Positions 18,272-27,812 of a stretch of DNA of 64,000 nucleotides are shown piece by piece. The DNA comes from Patescibacteria group bacterium (GTDB lineage Bacteria; Patescibacteriota; Microgenomatia; UBA10105; UBA927), in contig JBMOPU010000033.1 in the NCBI GenBank assembly GCA_049322955.1, positions 784 through 64,783 of the forward strand. The letters run 5' to 3'. Both the position numbers and the translations under genes were made by a program. The notes beneath the pieces are model-generated. The model made no database searches and was not told the origin of the DNA. It saw only the letters and a program-made list of their open reading frames with translations. Each line of letters opens with the position of its first letter. The stretch's first letter is position 1.

Positions 18272-20716
18272 ATGGATACAAATTTTACCGGCATCAGAAA
18301 AACAGTATTTACCGACCGCTATGCGTTAAAAGATGAGGCGGGCAATCCCGTCGAACAAACGCCCGAGGAAATGTGGCGCAGAGTCGCGAAAGCGGTTGCC
18401 CTCATGGAAAAGAAAGATGACCGAAAGAAATGGGAAGACAAATTCTACGATGCCATGCGTGATTTTGTTTTGGTGCCCGGCGGGCGTATCCTCTCGGGGG
18501 CGGGGACGGGGTATAAGGTAACGTTTTATAACTGTTTTGTGATCCCCAGCCCGCATGATTCACGGGGAGGGATTTTAACCACGCTCACGCAAATGGTGGA
18601 AATCATGTCACGCGGCGGCGGCGTGGGAATAAACCTTTCGAGTCTTCGTCCGCGAGGAGCCAGAGTCCAAAAAGTCAACGGATTTTCATCGGGTCCCTGC
18701 AATTGGGCGGAACTTTTTTCTGTCGCGACAAAAGACATTATCCAACAAGGGGGCAGTAGAAGAGGTGCGCTGATGCTGATGTTGTGGGACTGGCATCCTG
18801 ATGTCGAAGAATTTATTACCGTCAAACAGGATCTTGCGAGAATTAACGGCGCAAATCTTTCCGTATGTGTTTCCGATGCCTTCATGGAAGCGGTGAAAAA
18901 AGATGCCGATTGGGAATTAAAATTTCCGGATCCCAAGGATCCCGATTACGATACCAAATGGGACGGCTATATGCCCAACTGGATAGCGCTCGGGAAAAAA
19001 CCGATTGTCCAAAAGACCGTCAAAGCCCGGGCATTGTGGGATCTTATCGCCACCGCCGCATGGAAGAGCGCCGAACCGGGAGTTGTTTTCATGGAGCGGT
19101 ACAACAAGTGGTTCAACAATTATTATTACGAGTACGTTAACTGCGTCAACCCCTGCGGCGAAGAGGGACTTCCCAACTGGGGCGTGTGTAACCTGACCTC
19201 GATCAACTTGTCGGCACTCGTCAATGAAAAAGGCGAGTTTGACTATGAACGGCTTGCCGAAGTCGCCCGAATCGGCGTGAGGTTCCAGGACGATATCATC
19301 GATGCCGACTATTACGTCTTTGATCAAATCAAAGAGGTACAGCTCCGCGGAGAACGGCGTATCGGCCTGGGTACCATGGGACTCGGTGATGCGTTAATCA
19401 AAATGAAGCTCCGGTACGGATCCGAAGAAAGTCTTGCCGTTATCGACAAAATCTACCGTACCATCAGGGATGCGGCGTATGATTCTTCCGTCGATCTCGC
19501 CAAAGAAAAAGGCGCATTTCCGAAAATCGATAAGGCCAAGCATCTTGAAGCGTATTTCGTAAAGAAACTTCCCGAAACAATACGCAAGAAGCTTAAAAAG
19601 TACGGGATCAGAAATTCGATGATATTACAGCAGGCTCCCACCGGGTCCACGTCGCTCATGGCCGGCGTATCGAGCGGTATCGAACCGGTGTATGAGTTTG
19701 AATTCATCCGCCGCGACCGCTTGGGAGAGCATATTCTCCGCCATCCGCTGTATGAAGCATGGTTCCAGAAGTATAAGGAAGAACAGGGAACCGAGCCGAA
19801 AAAAACCGACCGTCCCGATTATTTCGTATCGGCAAATGATTTGACCCCGGAAGACCACGTGCGGGTGCAGGCGGCTATCCAACAGTATGTGGATGCCTCG
19901 ATCAGCAAAACCGTCAATGCTCCCAAAACGCACACTGTCGAAGACGTAAAACGCCTTTATACCCTTGCATATGATTTGGGGTGCAAAGGTATTGCGTACA
20001 TGCGGGAAGGAAGCCGCGAGGGTGTGTTAACGAGAAAAGAAGAAGAGACCAAAAAAGAGGAAATCAAACAGGTTGCCGCCCCCGTGATGAGTGCTGAAGT
20101 AAAGCCGCGTCCGGCCGTGGTGCACGGCTCGACCTATCAGCTGGAAACGCCGATGGGGCAGGCATACATCACCATTAACACCAACGGCGGAGAACAACCG
20201 CTTGAGGTATTTGTGAATGTCGGCAAAGCAGGAAGCGACGTCACCGCCATGGCGGAAGCCATGGGTCGGTTAATATCACTCGTCCTGCGCGTTGCGTCGC
20301 CGATTTCTCCCATGGAGCGGGCGCACCGGGTGGCAAGTGAGCTTATCGGTATCGGAGGCGCAAGAAGTCTCGGTTTCGGCGAAAACAGAGTCCGCAGTCT
20401 TCCCGACGCGGTAGCCAAAGTCATCGACCGCCATTTCGGCTTTTTTGCCAAACACCGGGTTGATGCCCCTATTGCCGCAAACGGGAACGGTCATACGGTT
20501 CCGCAAACAAACGGTAATGGGCACGCCCCGACAGTTGTTACCGGCGCACCGCAGGTAGAACCGGCGGCAAACCCCGTCGCGATGCCCGCGACCCAAATGC
20601 TCCTGACGGAGCGAAGAATGGTAACCGTGGATTTGTGTCCGTCATGCGGCGAGGGGAGTCTCGTGTTTGAAGAATCATGCAAGAAATGCTATTCGTGCGG
20701 TTATTCCGAGTGTTAA
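18272..20716 (+). CDS. nrdJ: class II (adenosylcobalamin-dependent) ribonucleotide reductase with C-terminal TSCPD/zinc-ribbon region
   Basis: NCFV, NPCGEE, CNL, APTGS, SISKTVN motifs; C-terminal CPSCG...CYSCGYSEC; no nrdB nearby; pduO adjacent. Confidence 0.92.
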   Translation: MDTNFTGIRKTVFTDRYALKDEAGNPVEQTPEEMWRRVAKAVALMEKKDDRKKWEDKFYDAMRDFVLVPGGRILSGAGTGYKVTFYNCFVIPSPHDSRGGILTTLTQMVEIMSRGGGVGINLSSLRPRGARVQKVNGFSSGPCNWAELFSVATKDIIQQGGSRRGALMLMLWDWHPDVEEFITVKQDLARINGANLSVCVSDAFMEAVKKDADWELKFPDPKDPDYDTKWDGYMPNWIALGKKPIVQKTVKARALWDLIATAAWKSAEPGVVFMERYNKWFNNYYYEYVNCVNPCGEEGLPNWGVCNLTSINLSALVNEKGEFDYERLAEVARIGVRFQDDIIDADYYVFDQIKEVQLRGERRIGLGTMGLGDALIKMKLRYGSEESLAVIDKIYRTIRDAAYDSSVDLAKEKGAFPKIDKAKHLEAYFVKKLPETIRKKLKKYGIRNSMILQQAPTGSTSLMAGVSSGIEPVYEFEFIRRDRLGEHILRHPLYEAWFQKYKEEQGTEPKKTDRPDYFVSANDLTPEDHVRVQAAIQQYVDASISKTVNAPKTHTVEDVKRLYTLAYDLGCKGIAYMREGSREGVLTRKEEETKKEEIKQVAAPVMSAEVKPRPAVVHGSTYQLETPMGQAYITINTNGGEQPLEVFVNVGKAGSDVTAMAEAMGRLISLVLRVASPISPMERAHRVASELIGIGGARSLGFGENRVRSLPDAVAKVIDRHFGFFAKHRVDAPIAANGNGHTVPQTNGNGHAPTVVTGAPQVEPAANPVAMPATQMLLTERRMVTVDLCPSCGEGSLVFEESCKKCYSCGYSEC

Positions 20717-20725
20717 ACTACTGTC

Positions 20726-21277
20726 ATGCCAATTTACACAAAAACCGGCGATACTGGTTCGACCGCATTATTCGGAGGCAAACGCGTACTCAAGTGTGAA
20801 GAGCTGGTCGATGTGTACGGGTCCATCGATGAGCTTAATTCCTGGATAGGCATGGTTGCCGGCGTCATCGACACGGCAGACGTTCAGACCTTTTTGTTCG
20901 CCATCCAAACGGATCTTTTTACCGTCGGCAGTCATTTGGCGGGATGGACAGCGGATCTTAGCGTGCTTCCCAAGCGGGTAAGTGAAATGGAAGCGCGGAT
21001 TGATGTCCTGGATGATACGCTCCCTAAACTCACCAATTTTATTCTTCCCGGAGGGACGAAGTTGGCATCGGAAATTCACCTTGCGCGAGCCGTATGCCGA
21101 AGGGTCGAACGCCAGCTCGTATCACTGGGGCAAAAACAAACGGTTGATCCGAAGATTTATGTCTATCTTAACCGTCTTTCCGATTTATTGTTTATGCTCG
21201 CCAGATTTATCAATCATACCGCCGGCGTTGTTGAGGTAACGTGGCAGGGCATTGACCGGAAAGCCAAAAAGCAGTAA
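20726..21277 (+). CDS. pduO: ATP:cob(I)alamin adenosyltransferase, PduO type
   Basis: IYTKTGDTG, YGSIDELNS, FILPGG, RAVCRRVER, YLNRLSDLLF. Confidence 0.95.
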   Translation: MPIYTKTGDTGSTALFGGKRVLKCEELVDVYGSIDELNSWIGMVAGVIDTADVQTFLFAIQTDLFTVGSHLAGWTADLSVLPKRVSEMEARIDVLDDTLPKLTNFILPGGTKLASEIHLARAVCRRVERQLVSLGQKQTVDPKIYVYLNRLSDLLFMLARFINHTAGVVEVTWQGIDRKAKKQ

Positions 21278-21293
21278 AACAAGTCCAGTAGAA

Positions 21294-21402
21294 GTAAGGG
21301 CAAGAGGAACCCCGCGAACTTCGGGGACTGTGCCGCAACGGTGATCCGCCAGCTTGACGGAAAGTCCGGAACTCCCCCTTATATATCCCGAGCAGGAGGC
21401 AA
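21294..21402 (+). ncRNA. cobalamin riboswitch (compact, class II-like)
   Basis: gtaaggg/cccttat closing stem; AAGAGGAA junction; P4 ccccg-cgaactt-cgggg; P5 actg-tgccgcaa-cggt; P6 tccg...cgga; B12 box AAGTCCGGAACT; located just after nrdJ-pduO. Confidence 0.85.
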
Positions 21403-21404
21403 TT

Positions 21405-23366
21405 ATGGAGAAGCCCTCTCCGACATACGATAATTTTGCGCGCTATAGCATCCGTTCATATAACGACGATACACGGTATAAAGACCGTCTGACGCTTCGC
21501 GGTATTCCCCAGCTTACGGACACGGATGAAGAAGAAAACAAACCCCGATGGCGGGGCGATCACACCTATAATTCCGAAGCGGCATCCTACTCACTCACGC
21601 ATTTTATCGAGCCGGAAGTCAGAAAGGCACACCCCGACTGGACGCACGAAGAAGTACAAAAAGAGGCAACCCAGCGTTTCAAAGAACGGCTTGCACAGGA
21701 TCTTTCATATGAACACAAAGAAAATGCCCATGAAGAATCTGAAGTGCGGTGGGAAAAAATACGGGTGGCGGACGGTTCGTGGGAGCTGGCTACTTCCTAC
21801 GGGGACAAGATGATTACCTTAAACGAACTTTGGGAGCATACCAAAGAGTATGCGGCCTTTGCCGGTAATCCGGACGCGTATAACCGGGATGAACATGCGG
21901 CGCAACTTGCCATGCAGGAACAACTGATATCCGGGAATGCGACGGGATTTGTCAGCGTGCTGTCACACCCTGATGCCGTCCGATATGTCCAGATATGGCA
22001 GAAGTCGGAAGACGGAGGAGTTATCTCCAAGCATGTTGACCTGTTTAAAACGACGGGTACGGACTTCACTCATGAAGAGGGAGCGGATTTTATCCGACAC
22101 CTTGCCCGATTTCATGATGCCGACACGCTTTCATCGGAAGTCTCTTCGTACGCGCATTTTTTTCTGAAGGAAAAAAATATCACCGAATCGGATATCCGTA
22201 CCATCGCCATTGCCCAAACCATGGAACGCGTGCGTGAGGCACCGTCTCCCCATGTGTCCACCGAATATGTACGGATTGTGGGTGATGTGGCGCGAGACAG
22301 CAAAAAAACGTTTATAGAACTCGGGGTGTTTCTCAAAGAGCATATTGATAAAAAAATCGCTCTCGTGAAAAACACCACCGACATTCCGAAAAAAGAAAAA
22401 ACCCGTCGTCTCCCGATTGGTTCCGCAGATCGTCATCCCGTTACCGAGGCAACACGAGCGTTTATTACGGTTCGCCACATCGATACCGCACCAAATGCGC
22501 ATCTGCGAACCGATACAATGCGGTCCACCGATTCGATGAAATCCGTTGCCGCAGAATGGGTGGTGATGCAAACCATGCTTCGGTATAGCCCCGTTATACC
22601 GACGGGCGCCGGTGCCCTTATTTTTTGGTTCACCCGTCCCCTGGAACAGATACAACCGGAAAAAAGAAAACAAATGGGCATCCCTCACGCTGAGGAAAAA
22701 AACACCGTGTTACCCCCCGCACGGGTAAAAGAAAAAAATCCCCGCATATCACTGCGATCACTTTTCCGATTGGTCAGTGAGGCGGGGAAGCGGGCGTTTG
22801 TTCGCTCCGAGAAACAAAAAAATATATCCTCGACGATCGCGGAGAAAACGCCGAAGAAACCTGCGGAACCGGGAAATTCCGAAGTACCCGCCGTACGCCT
22901 GTCGCTTCCCTTTGTGGAACGGCTTCTTCATTTGTACAGAACGCTTATCGTGGAGAAACAGTCAAAACCGCACGGAGTGAAGAAACGGGATACACGAGAC
23001 GCGAACATACCGGAACAGTTGGTTGCCCAGGCCGAAGAAAAAGCAACGCGTATAGTGAAAGATATGGGGATAGCCATCATCGTATGGCTCCTTGTTGAGT
23101 GGGAACGCACGATTGTGTGTGAAAGTCAGGCGTTACCGGCTGAACATGAGGTGGTATTTGCCGATACGCCTGAAATTCCCGACGGGAAAAAACAATCTTC
23201 CTGGCTGTTGTTTGCCATAATCTGGTATCTTTCGGCACTTCGCGAGCACGGCAAACCCGGATCTTTCCAGCAGAAAAAAACCGGGAAAAAGCGGAAAAAA
23301 AAGACCACGGCAAAATCACGCCGTTTTTTGCCGTCATCAGGCATCATATTCACCTATGGTTCGTGA
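21405..23366 (+). CDS. large hypothetical protein (653 aa) downstream of the B12 riboswitch
   Basis: GGAGG SD at 21395-21399 and ATG 21405; acidic N-terminal half, basic C-terminal half with short hydrophobic segments. Confidence 0.7.
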   Translation: MEKPSPTYDNFARYSIRSYNDDTRYKDRLTLRGIPQLTDTDEEENKPRWRGDHTYNSEAASYSLTHFIEPEVRKAHPDWTHEEVQKEATQRFKERLAQDLSYEHKENAHEESEVRWEKIRVADGSWELATSYGDKMITLNELWEHTKEYAAFAGNPDAYNRDEHAAQLAMQEQLISGNATGFVSVLSHPDAVRYVQIWQKSEDGGVISKHVDLFKTTGTDFTHEEGADFIRHLARFHDADTLSSEVSSYAHFFLKEKNITESDIRTIAIAQTMERVREAPSPHVSTEYVRIVGDVARDSKKTFIELGVFLKEHIDKKIALVKNTTDIPKKEKTRRLPIGSADRHPVTEATRAFITVRHIDTAPNAHLRTDTMRSTDSMKSVAAEWVVMQTMLRYSPVIPTGAGALIFWFTRPLEQIQPEKRKQMGIPHAEEKNTVLPPARVKEKNPRISLRSLFRLVSEAGKRAFVRSEKQKNISSTIAEKTPKKPAEPGNSEVPAVRLSLPFVERLLHLYRTLIVEKQSKPHGVKKRDTRDANIPEQLVAQAEEKATRIVKDMGIAIIVWLLVEWERTIVCESQALPAEHEVVFADTPEIPDGKKQSSWLLFAIIWYLSALREHGKPGSFQQKKTGKKRKKKTTAKSRRFLPSSGIIFTYGS

Positions 23367-23379
23367 TAGAATAATACTT

Positions 23380-23823
23380 ATGGATCCTCTGCCCAACACA
23401 TCGCAACGATCTTCCGCAACCCCGGCAATGCCGGCTGGTTCGATGGTCGGTAGTATGGCCAAAGAACAGGTTCCTTTAACCGCCACTCCCGAAACACCTT
23501 CTCTTTCGGAAGTGGGAAAAGAAGTTGACCTTCCTCAGGAAGTACAGCGAGCGGGAGTCACGATACAATCGGATACGATTACCTTGCCGAAAGTCGTCCA
23601 AAACATGGGAGTTTCCGCGGTGGGTCCCTCGGCACCGTCTTCTTCCGCACCCGTCGCTACCGTCGTGTTGCCGCTTACCGATGACCAAATTGCACAAGGT
23701 GTCCATCAAAGTATCATGACTTCATGGCGGTGGTTAGCCGAGTGGTGTGAACGACAACTCAAACAGGCGCATATTTTGCTGACTTCTGCGCACGGGAAAA
23801 TTATACGGACAAAAACGGAATAA
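23380..23823 (+). CDS. hypothetical protein (low-complexity N-terminus, LPLT...SWRWLAEWC C-terminus)
   Basis: ORF between the large gene and the ATPase; TAGAAT just upstream of ATG. Confidence 0.65.
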   Translation: MDPLPNTSQRSSATPAMPAGSMVGSMAKEQVPLTATPETPSLSEVGKEVDLPQEVQRAGVTIQSDTITLPKVVQNMGVSAVGPSAPSSSAPVATVVLPLTDDQIAQGVHQSIMTSWRWLAEWCERQLKQAHILLTSAHGKIIRTKTE

Positions 23824-23827
23824 TCGT

Positions 23828-26176
23828 ATGCCATTAGAATTTGCTGATATCGTCTATCAATTGGAAGTATTGGGGGTGGCGCTTCTTATCGTCACCTTTT
23901 GTCTGATCGGTTTTGCGGTACTAGGATACGTCCTGTTTCTTGCGTGGAAATACCGGGATCGCGAAAAACGTTCGATGGAATATACCCTCATGCAAGTGGC
24001 AACCCCTCGGGATAACGAAATCAAAATCGATGCGGCGGAGCAAATGTTCGCCAGTCTGCATGCGATTCATCACGGAGGATTTTGGTCGTTTTTGAAACCG
24101 CAGGATCATATTTCTTTTGAAATCGTCGCAAAGAGGGAAGACATACGATTTTATATCGCCGCCCCGAAACACTATATCGATCTTGTCGAAAAACAAATAC
24201 ACGGTTCATATCCGGGAGCAGACGTAAAAATCGTGGACGAATACAATATATTTTCCGAAAACGGCAAGGTGGCGTTTGCGGCATTGACGCCCAAAAATTC
24301 CGACTACATGCCGATCCGGGTATTTCGTGATCTTCCCATTGATCCGCTTTCTTCGATAACCAGCGTACTTGCCAAAATGGCCGAAGGAGAGGGAGCCGCA
24401 ATTCAGGTGTTGGTACAGCCTGCGGGGAGCAAGTGGAGTAGCCTTGGAAGATCGTTTATCTCAAAGACGAAAAAGAACGAGGCAAATCCCGAAAAAGCGA
24501 GCTTTAAGATTGATGCGAAAACACTTGAATCGGTGGAACAGAAAGTTTCTAAGCCGGGTTTTAATACCGTCATCCGACTGGTGGTGAGTGCCGCGACAAA
24601 AGAAGCGGCGGACGCGCATCTTGAAAATCTTATCACGTCGTTTCATCAATACACCTCCGATCACAATCACTTTTCCAAGGTGAAACATCCGATGAAAAAG
24701 TTTTTTATGGTCGACTTTATTTACCGATATTTCCCGATGGTGAATCTGCCGTTTTTTAAGCAGTACGGTGTGTTAAACAGCGATGAGCTCGCCACTATTT
24801 ATCATTTTCCGAACAAATCGATTGAAACACCGCATATATTCTGGTTGAACGCGAAGCGGGCGCCGGCTCCAATGCAGATTGCCTCTAGCGGACTGTTTAT
24901 CGGGGTTTCCCGATATCGCGGCGTCGACAGGCCGATATTTATCGGAGATGACGATAGAAGACGGCATCTGTATGTCATCGGAAAAACCGGTACCGGAAAA
25001 TCACAGATGCTCGAAGAGCTGGTTATTCAGGATGTGAAAGCCGGAAAAGGACTTGCCGTCATTGACCCGCACGGGGATCTTATTGACGGAATATTGGCCC
25101 GTATTCCTCCCGAACGTGCCGAGGATGTTATTTATTTTGATCCGTCCGACGGAGAACGTCCGATGGGACTCAATATGTTGGAAGCGCAAACGGAGGAACA
25201 GAAACATTTTGTGGTGACTTCCATCGTGGGACTTATGTACAAACTCTACGATCCGCAGAAAACCGGTATCATCGGTCCGCGGTTTGAACATGCGGTACGT
25301 AATGCCATGCTTACCGTCATGAGCGAACCGGGAACGACGTTTATCGAAGTGGTTCGTATATTAACCGACAGCAACTTCGTGCAGGAATTGCTTCCCAAGG
25401 TCCAGGATCCGATTATCAGAAGATATTGGACCGATCAGATTGCACAAACCGCCGACTTCCATAAATCCGAGGTATTGGACTACATCGTTTCCAAATTCGG
25501 CCGTTTCGTTACGAATAAACTCATGCGGAACATTATCGGGCAATCGGAATCAAGCTTTAACTTCCGCAAGGTGATGGACGAAGGAAAAATCCTGCTTGTT
25601 AATCTCTCCAAAGGAAAACTCGGCGAAGAAAACAGCAACTTTTTGGGACTTATCTTAGTGCCGCGTATTCTTATCGCGGCAATGAGCAGACAGGATATTC
25701 CTGAGGATAAACGGCGGGATTTTTACCTTTATGTGGACGAATTCCAAAATTTCGCCACCCCTGATTTTGCCCAGATTCTTTCCGAAGCCCGGAAATACCG
25801 CTTGAGTCTTACCGTAGCAAACCAATTCATCGGACAAATGGAAGAAGAAGTGAAGAACGCAGTGTTCGGTAACGTCGGTACGCTTATTACATTCCGGGTG
25901 GGGGTAACCGACGCGAATTATCTCCAGCATGAATATCAGCCGACATTTAACGAAATTGATTTAATCAACATCGATAAATTTAATGCATACGTAAAAACCA
26001 TCGTGCACAACGAACCGGTGAAACCGTTTAGCGTGGACTTATCGAAAGATATGTCGGTTGTGAATGCTGAACGAAATAAGGATGTCGCGCAGGCAATCAT
26101 TCAGTTATCCCGGTTGAAATACGGTCAGGCGAGGGAACTTATCGAGGCGGAAATCCAGGAACGCGCCCGTTTGTAA
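23828..26176 (+). CDS. VirB4/VirD4(TraD)-like P-loop ATPase (type IV secretion DNA-binding/DUF87 domain) with N-terminal TM
   Basis: RRRHLYVIGKTGTGKS Walker A, IDPHGD, LYVDEFQNF Walker B, SEARKYRL, GNVGT. Confidence 0.88.
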   Translation: MPLEFADIVYQLEVLGVALLIVTFCLIGFAVLGYVLFLAWKYRDREKRSMEYTLMQVATPRDNEIKIDAAEQMFASLHAIHHGGFWSFLKPQDHISFEIVAKREDIRFYIAAPKHYIDLVEKQIHGSYPGADVKIVDEYNIFSENGKVAFAALTPKNSDYMPIRVFRDLPIDPLSSITSVLAKMAEGEGAAIQVLVQPAGSKWSSLGRSFISKTKKNEANPEKASFKIDAKTLESVEQKVSKPGFNTVIRLVVSAATKEAADAHLENLITSFHQYTSDHNHFSKVKHPMKKFFMVDFIYRYFPMVNLPFFKQYGVLNSDELATIYHFPNKSIETPHIFWLNAKRAPAPMQIASSGLFIGVSRYRGVDRPIFIGDDDRRRHLYVIGKTGTGKSQMLEELVIQDVKAGKGLAVIDPHGDLIDGILARIPPERAEDVIYFDPSDGERPMGLNMLEAQTEEQKHFVVTSIVGLMYKLYDPQKTGIIGPRFEHAVRNAMLTVMSEPGTTFIEVVRILTDSNFVQELLPKVQDPIIRRYWTDQIAQTADFHKSEVLDYIVSKFGRFVTNKLMRNIIGQSESSFNFRKVMDEGKILLVNLSKGKLGEENSNFLGLILVPRILIAAMSRQDIPEDKRRDFYLYVDEFQNFATPDFAQILSEARKYRLSLTVANQFIGQMEEEVKNAVFGNVGTLITFRVGVTDANYLQHEYQPTFNEIDLINIDKFNAYVKTIVHNEPVKPFSVDLSKDMSVVNAERNKDVAQAIIQLSRLKYGQARELIEAEIQERARL

Positions 26177-26255
26177 AAAATTCTTCAGGTTACTCTCTTT
26201 ACATTCAAAAAAAAACATGTAATGCTCTGAAGATATTCGGTAAATATATCTATTC

Positions 26256-27653
26256 ATGAGTCAATCTCCCGAGGAAATTTCCTCAGAAAAAAAACATAAC
26301 GTTTTAGTGTATATATTCAACATGTCGGAGGATGTGTGGTCGTTCATTTCCGCCATGTCCGACGCCAACGCAAGAAGTGCGGAGATTGTGGAAAACGGCT
26401 ACCTCGGGGATGTTCGGATGTTTCAGTTTGCGGGTGAGGACAACGAAGTCTTGTATATAACTCCGCAACCGGTAAGCCAACAATTTCTTGATTATTATCA
26501 TTCGCTTTTCCCCAACACAAAGCTGAGCGTGTTAACGACGGCTCAACATAGCGGCGTTATTTGCGAGGATATTTTACACGATCCGTCGATCATGAACGCG
26601 CTTGTCGAGGTGGCGAATTCCTCTCGGAAACTTACGATAACGAGTTATGCGGTAAGTCAGCCGTTTCTCAATCTCGTTCGTGCGCTTCGTGAGAAGGGAC
26701 TGATTATCGTAACTCCCGAAGCACCCGATGAAGAAGACGCTTGGACGGTCAATTTCTTCGGCAGTAAGTCTGGCATCCGGCAACTTGCCCAGCAAAGTAG
26801 TAACGAGGAACCGGATTTTAAAATGGCGGACGGGGTTATTTGTTTCGGTATCGAAGATGCGGCGAAGATTGCGGCGATCCGTTATGTCAAAGAGCAGGGC
26901 GTCGTTATCAAAACAAACAAAGGGCATTCGGGAATGGGGGTCGAAATTTTTCGTCCCGGTGATTTGCCCGATGAATTCCATGCGTGTCAGGCAAAAATAT
27001 TGGCATTGCTTACCAAGGATTCCTACTGGCAAAAGTTCCCTATCATCATCGAAAAACTTATTCAGGTGAGTAATTCGGTGGCGGGCGGAAATCCGAATGT
27101 GGAGTTTAAGATCAATAGAAACGGACACATAGATTTTCTTTATCACTGCGGTGTTTTGGTTACCAAAGAAGGGGCGTTTCACGGCATAGAAATCGGACAC
27201 GATATCATGCCGGAGCGGGTAGCCGCGCGTATAAAAGATACCGGGTATTATATTGCGGAACGGTTTGCCGCGGCGGGATATCGCGGATATTTTGACGTTG
27301 ATTGCGTGGCGGGAAAAAACGGAGAAATCTATGTCGCGGAATCAAACGTACGAAGCACGGGAGGGACCTTCGTTTATACGACAGCGGTCGCGTTATTCGG
27401 CGAAAACTTCATGTATGATACCTATCTTTTCTCCAATAACGGGTATATGATTCCGCATCTTAAGCGGCAAACATTCGCGAGCATGCTCACGAGGCTTTCG
27501 CCGATTTTGTATGATAAAACGACCAAAGAAGGACTTATATTAACGAGTGAAAATCTCCTGCGTATGCAGAAATTCTCATTCATCATTTTTGCAAAAAACA
27601 AAAAACGATCCCTCGAGATTGAAGCCCGCATGGAAGAACTTCTGCAGGCGTAA
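26256..27653 (+). CDS. ATP-grasp ligase with pre-ATP-grasp domain (PGM1 peptide-ligase-like)
   Basis: IKTNKGHSGMGV loop, GYFDVD, ESNVRSTGGT. Confidence 0.7.
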   Translation: MSQSPEEISSEKKHNVLVYIFNMSEDVWSFISAMSDANARSAEIVENGYLGDVRMFQFAGEDNEVLYITPQPVSQQFLDYYHSLFPNTKLSVLTTAQHSGVICEDILHDPSIMNALVEVANSSRKLTITSYAVSQPFLNLVRALREKGLIIVTPEAPDEEDAWTVNFFGSKSGIRQLAQQSSNEEPDFKMADGVICFGIEDAAKIAAIRYVKEQGVVIKTNKGHSGMGVEIFRPGDLPDEFHACQAKILALLTKDSYWQKFPIIIEKLIQVSNSVAGGNPNVEFKINRNGHIDFLYHCGVLVTKEGAFHGIEIGHDIMPERVAARIKDTGYYIAERFAAAGYRGYFDVDCVAGKNGEIYVAESNVRSTGGTFVYTTAVALFGENFMYDTYLFSNNGYMIPHLKRQTFASMLTRLSPILYDKTTKEGLILTSENLLRMQKFSFIIFAKNKKRSLEIEARMEELLQA

Positions 27654-27693
27654 GTGGCGGCGTCGCCGTTTCTTTTGATACAATCGGATCCAT

Positions 27694-27785
27694 GGGTGTG
27701 TAGCCCAGCGGTACCTATGCTCGCTATCGCAAGCATGAGCTTGCTTGGTCGTTGCGGGCGGGGAGCGCTATCGACATATCAGGTA
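27694..27785 (+). pseudogene. tRNA-like 5' half with a 49-nt hairpin insertion in the D-loop
   Basis: gggtgtgTAGCcCAGcGGTA-[27714-27762]-GAGCGCTATC parallels the neighbouring tRNA; no T-arm or 3' acceptor strand. Confidence 0.5.
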
Positions 27786-27812
27786 CGCTCATTAATACGT
27801 GCGTACAAAATG

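Noticed and set aside
21354-21404. TTG start of the 670-aa ORF in the track
   Set aside because: Lies inside the riboswitch; ATG 21405 has a GGAGG SD
23828-26176. Conjugative element or ICE
   Set aside because: No relaxase, integrase, mating-pair genes, att repeats or compositional shift
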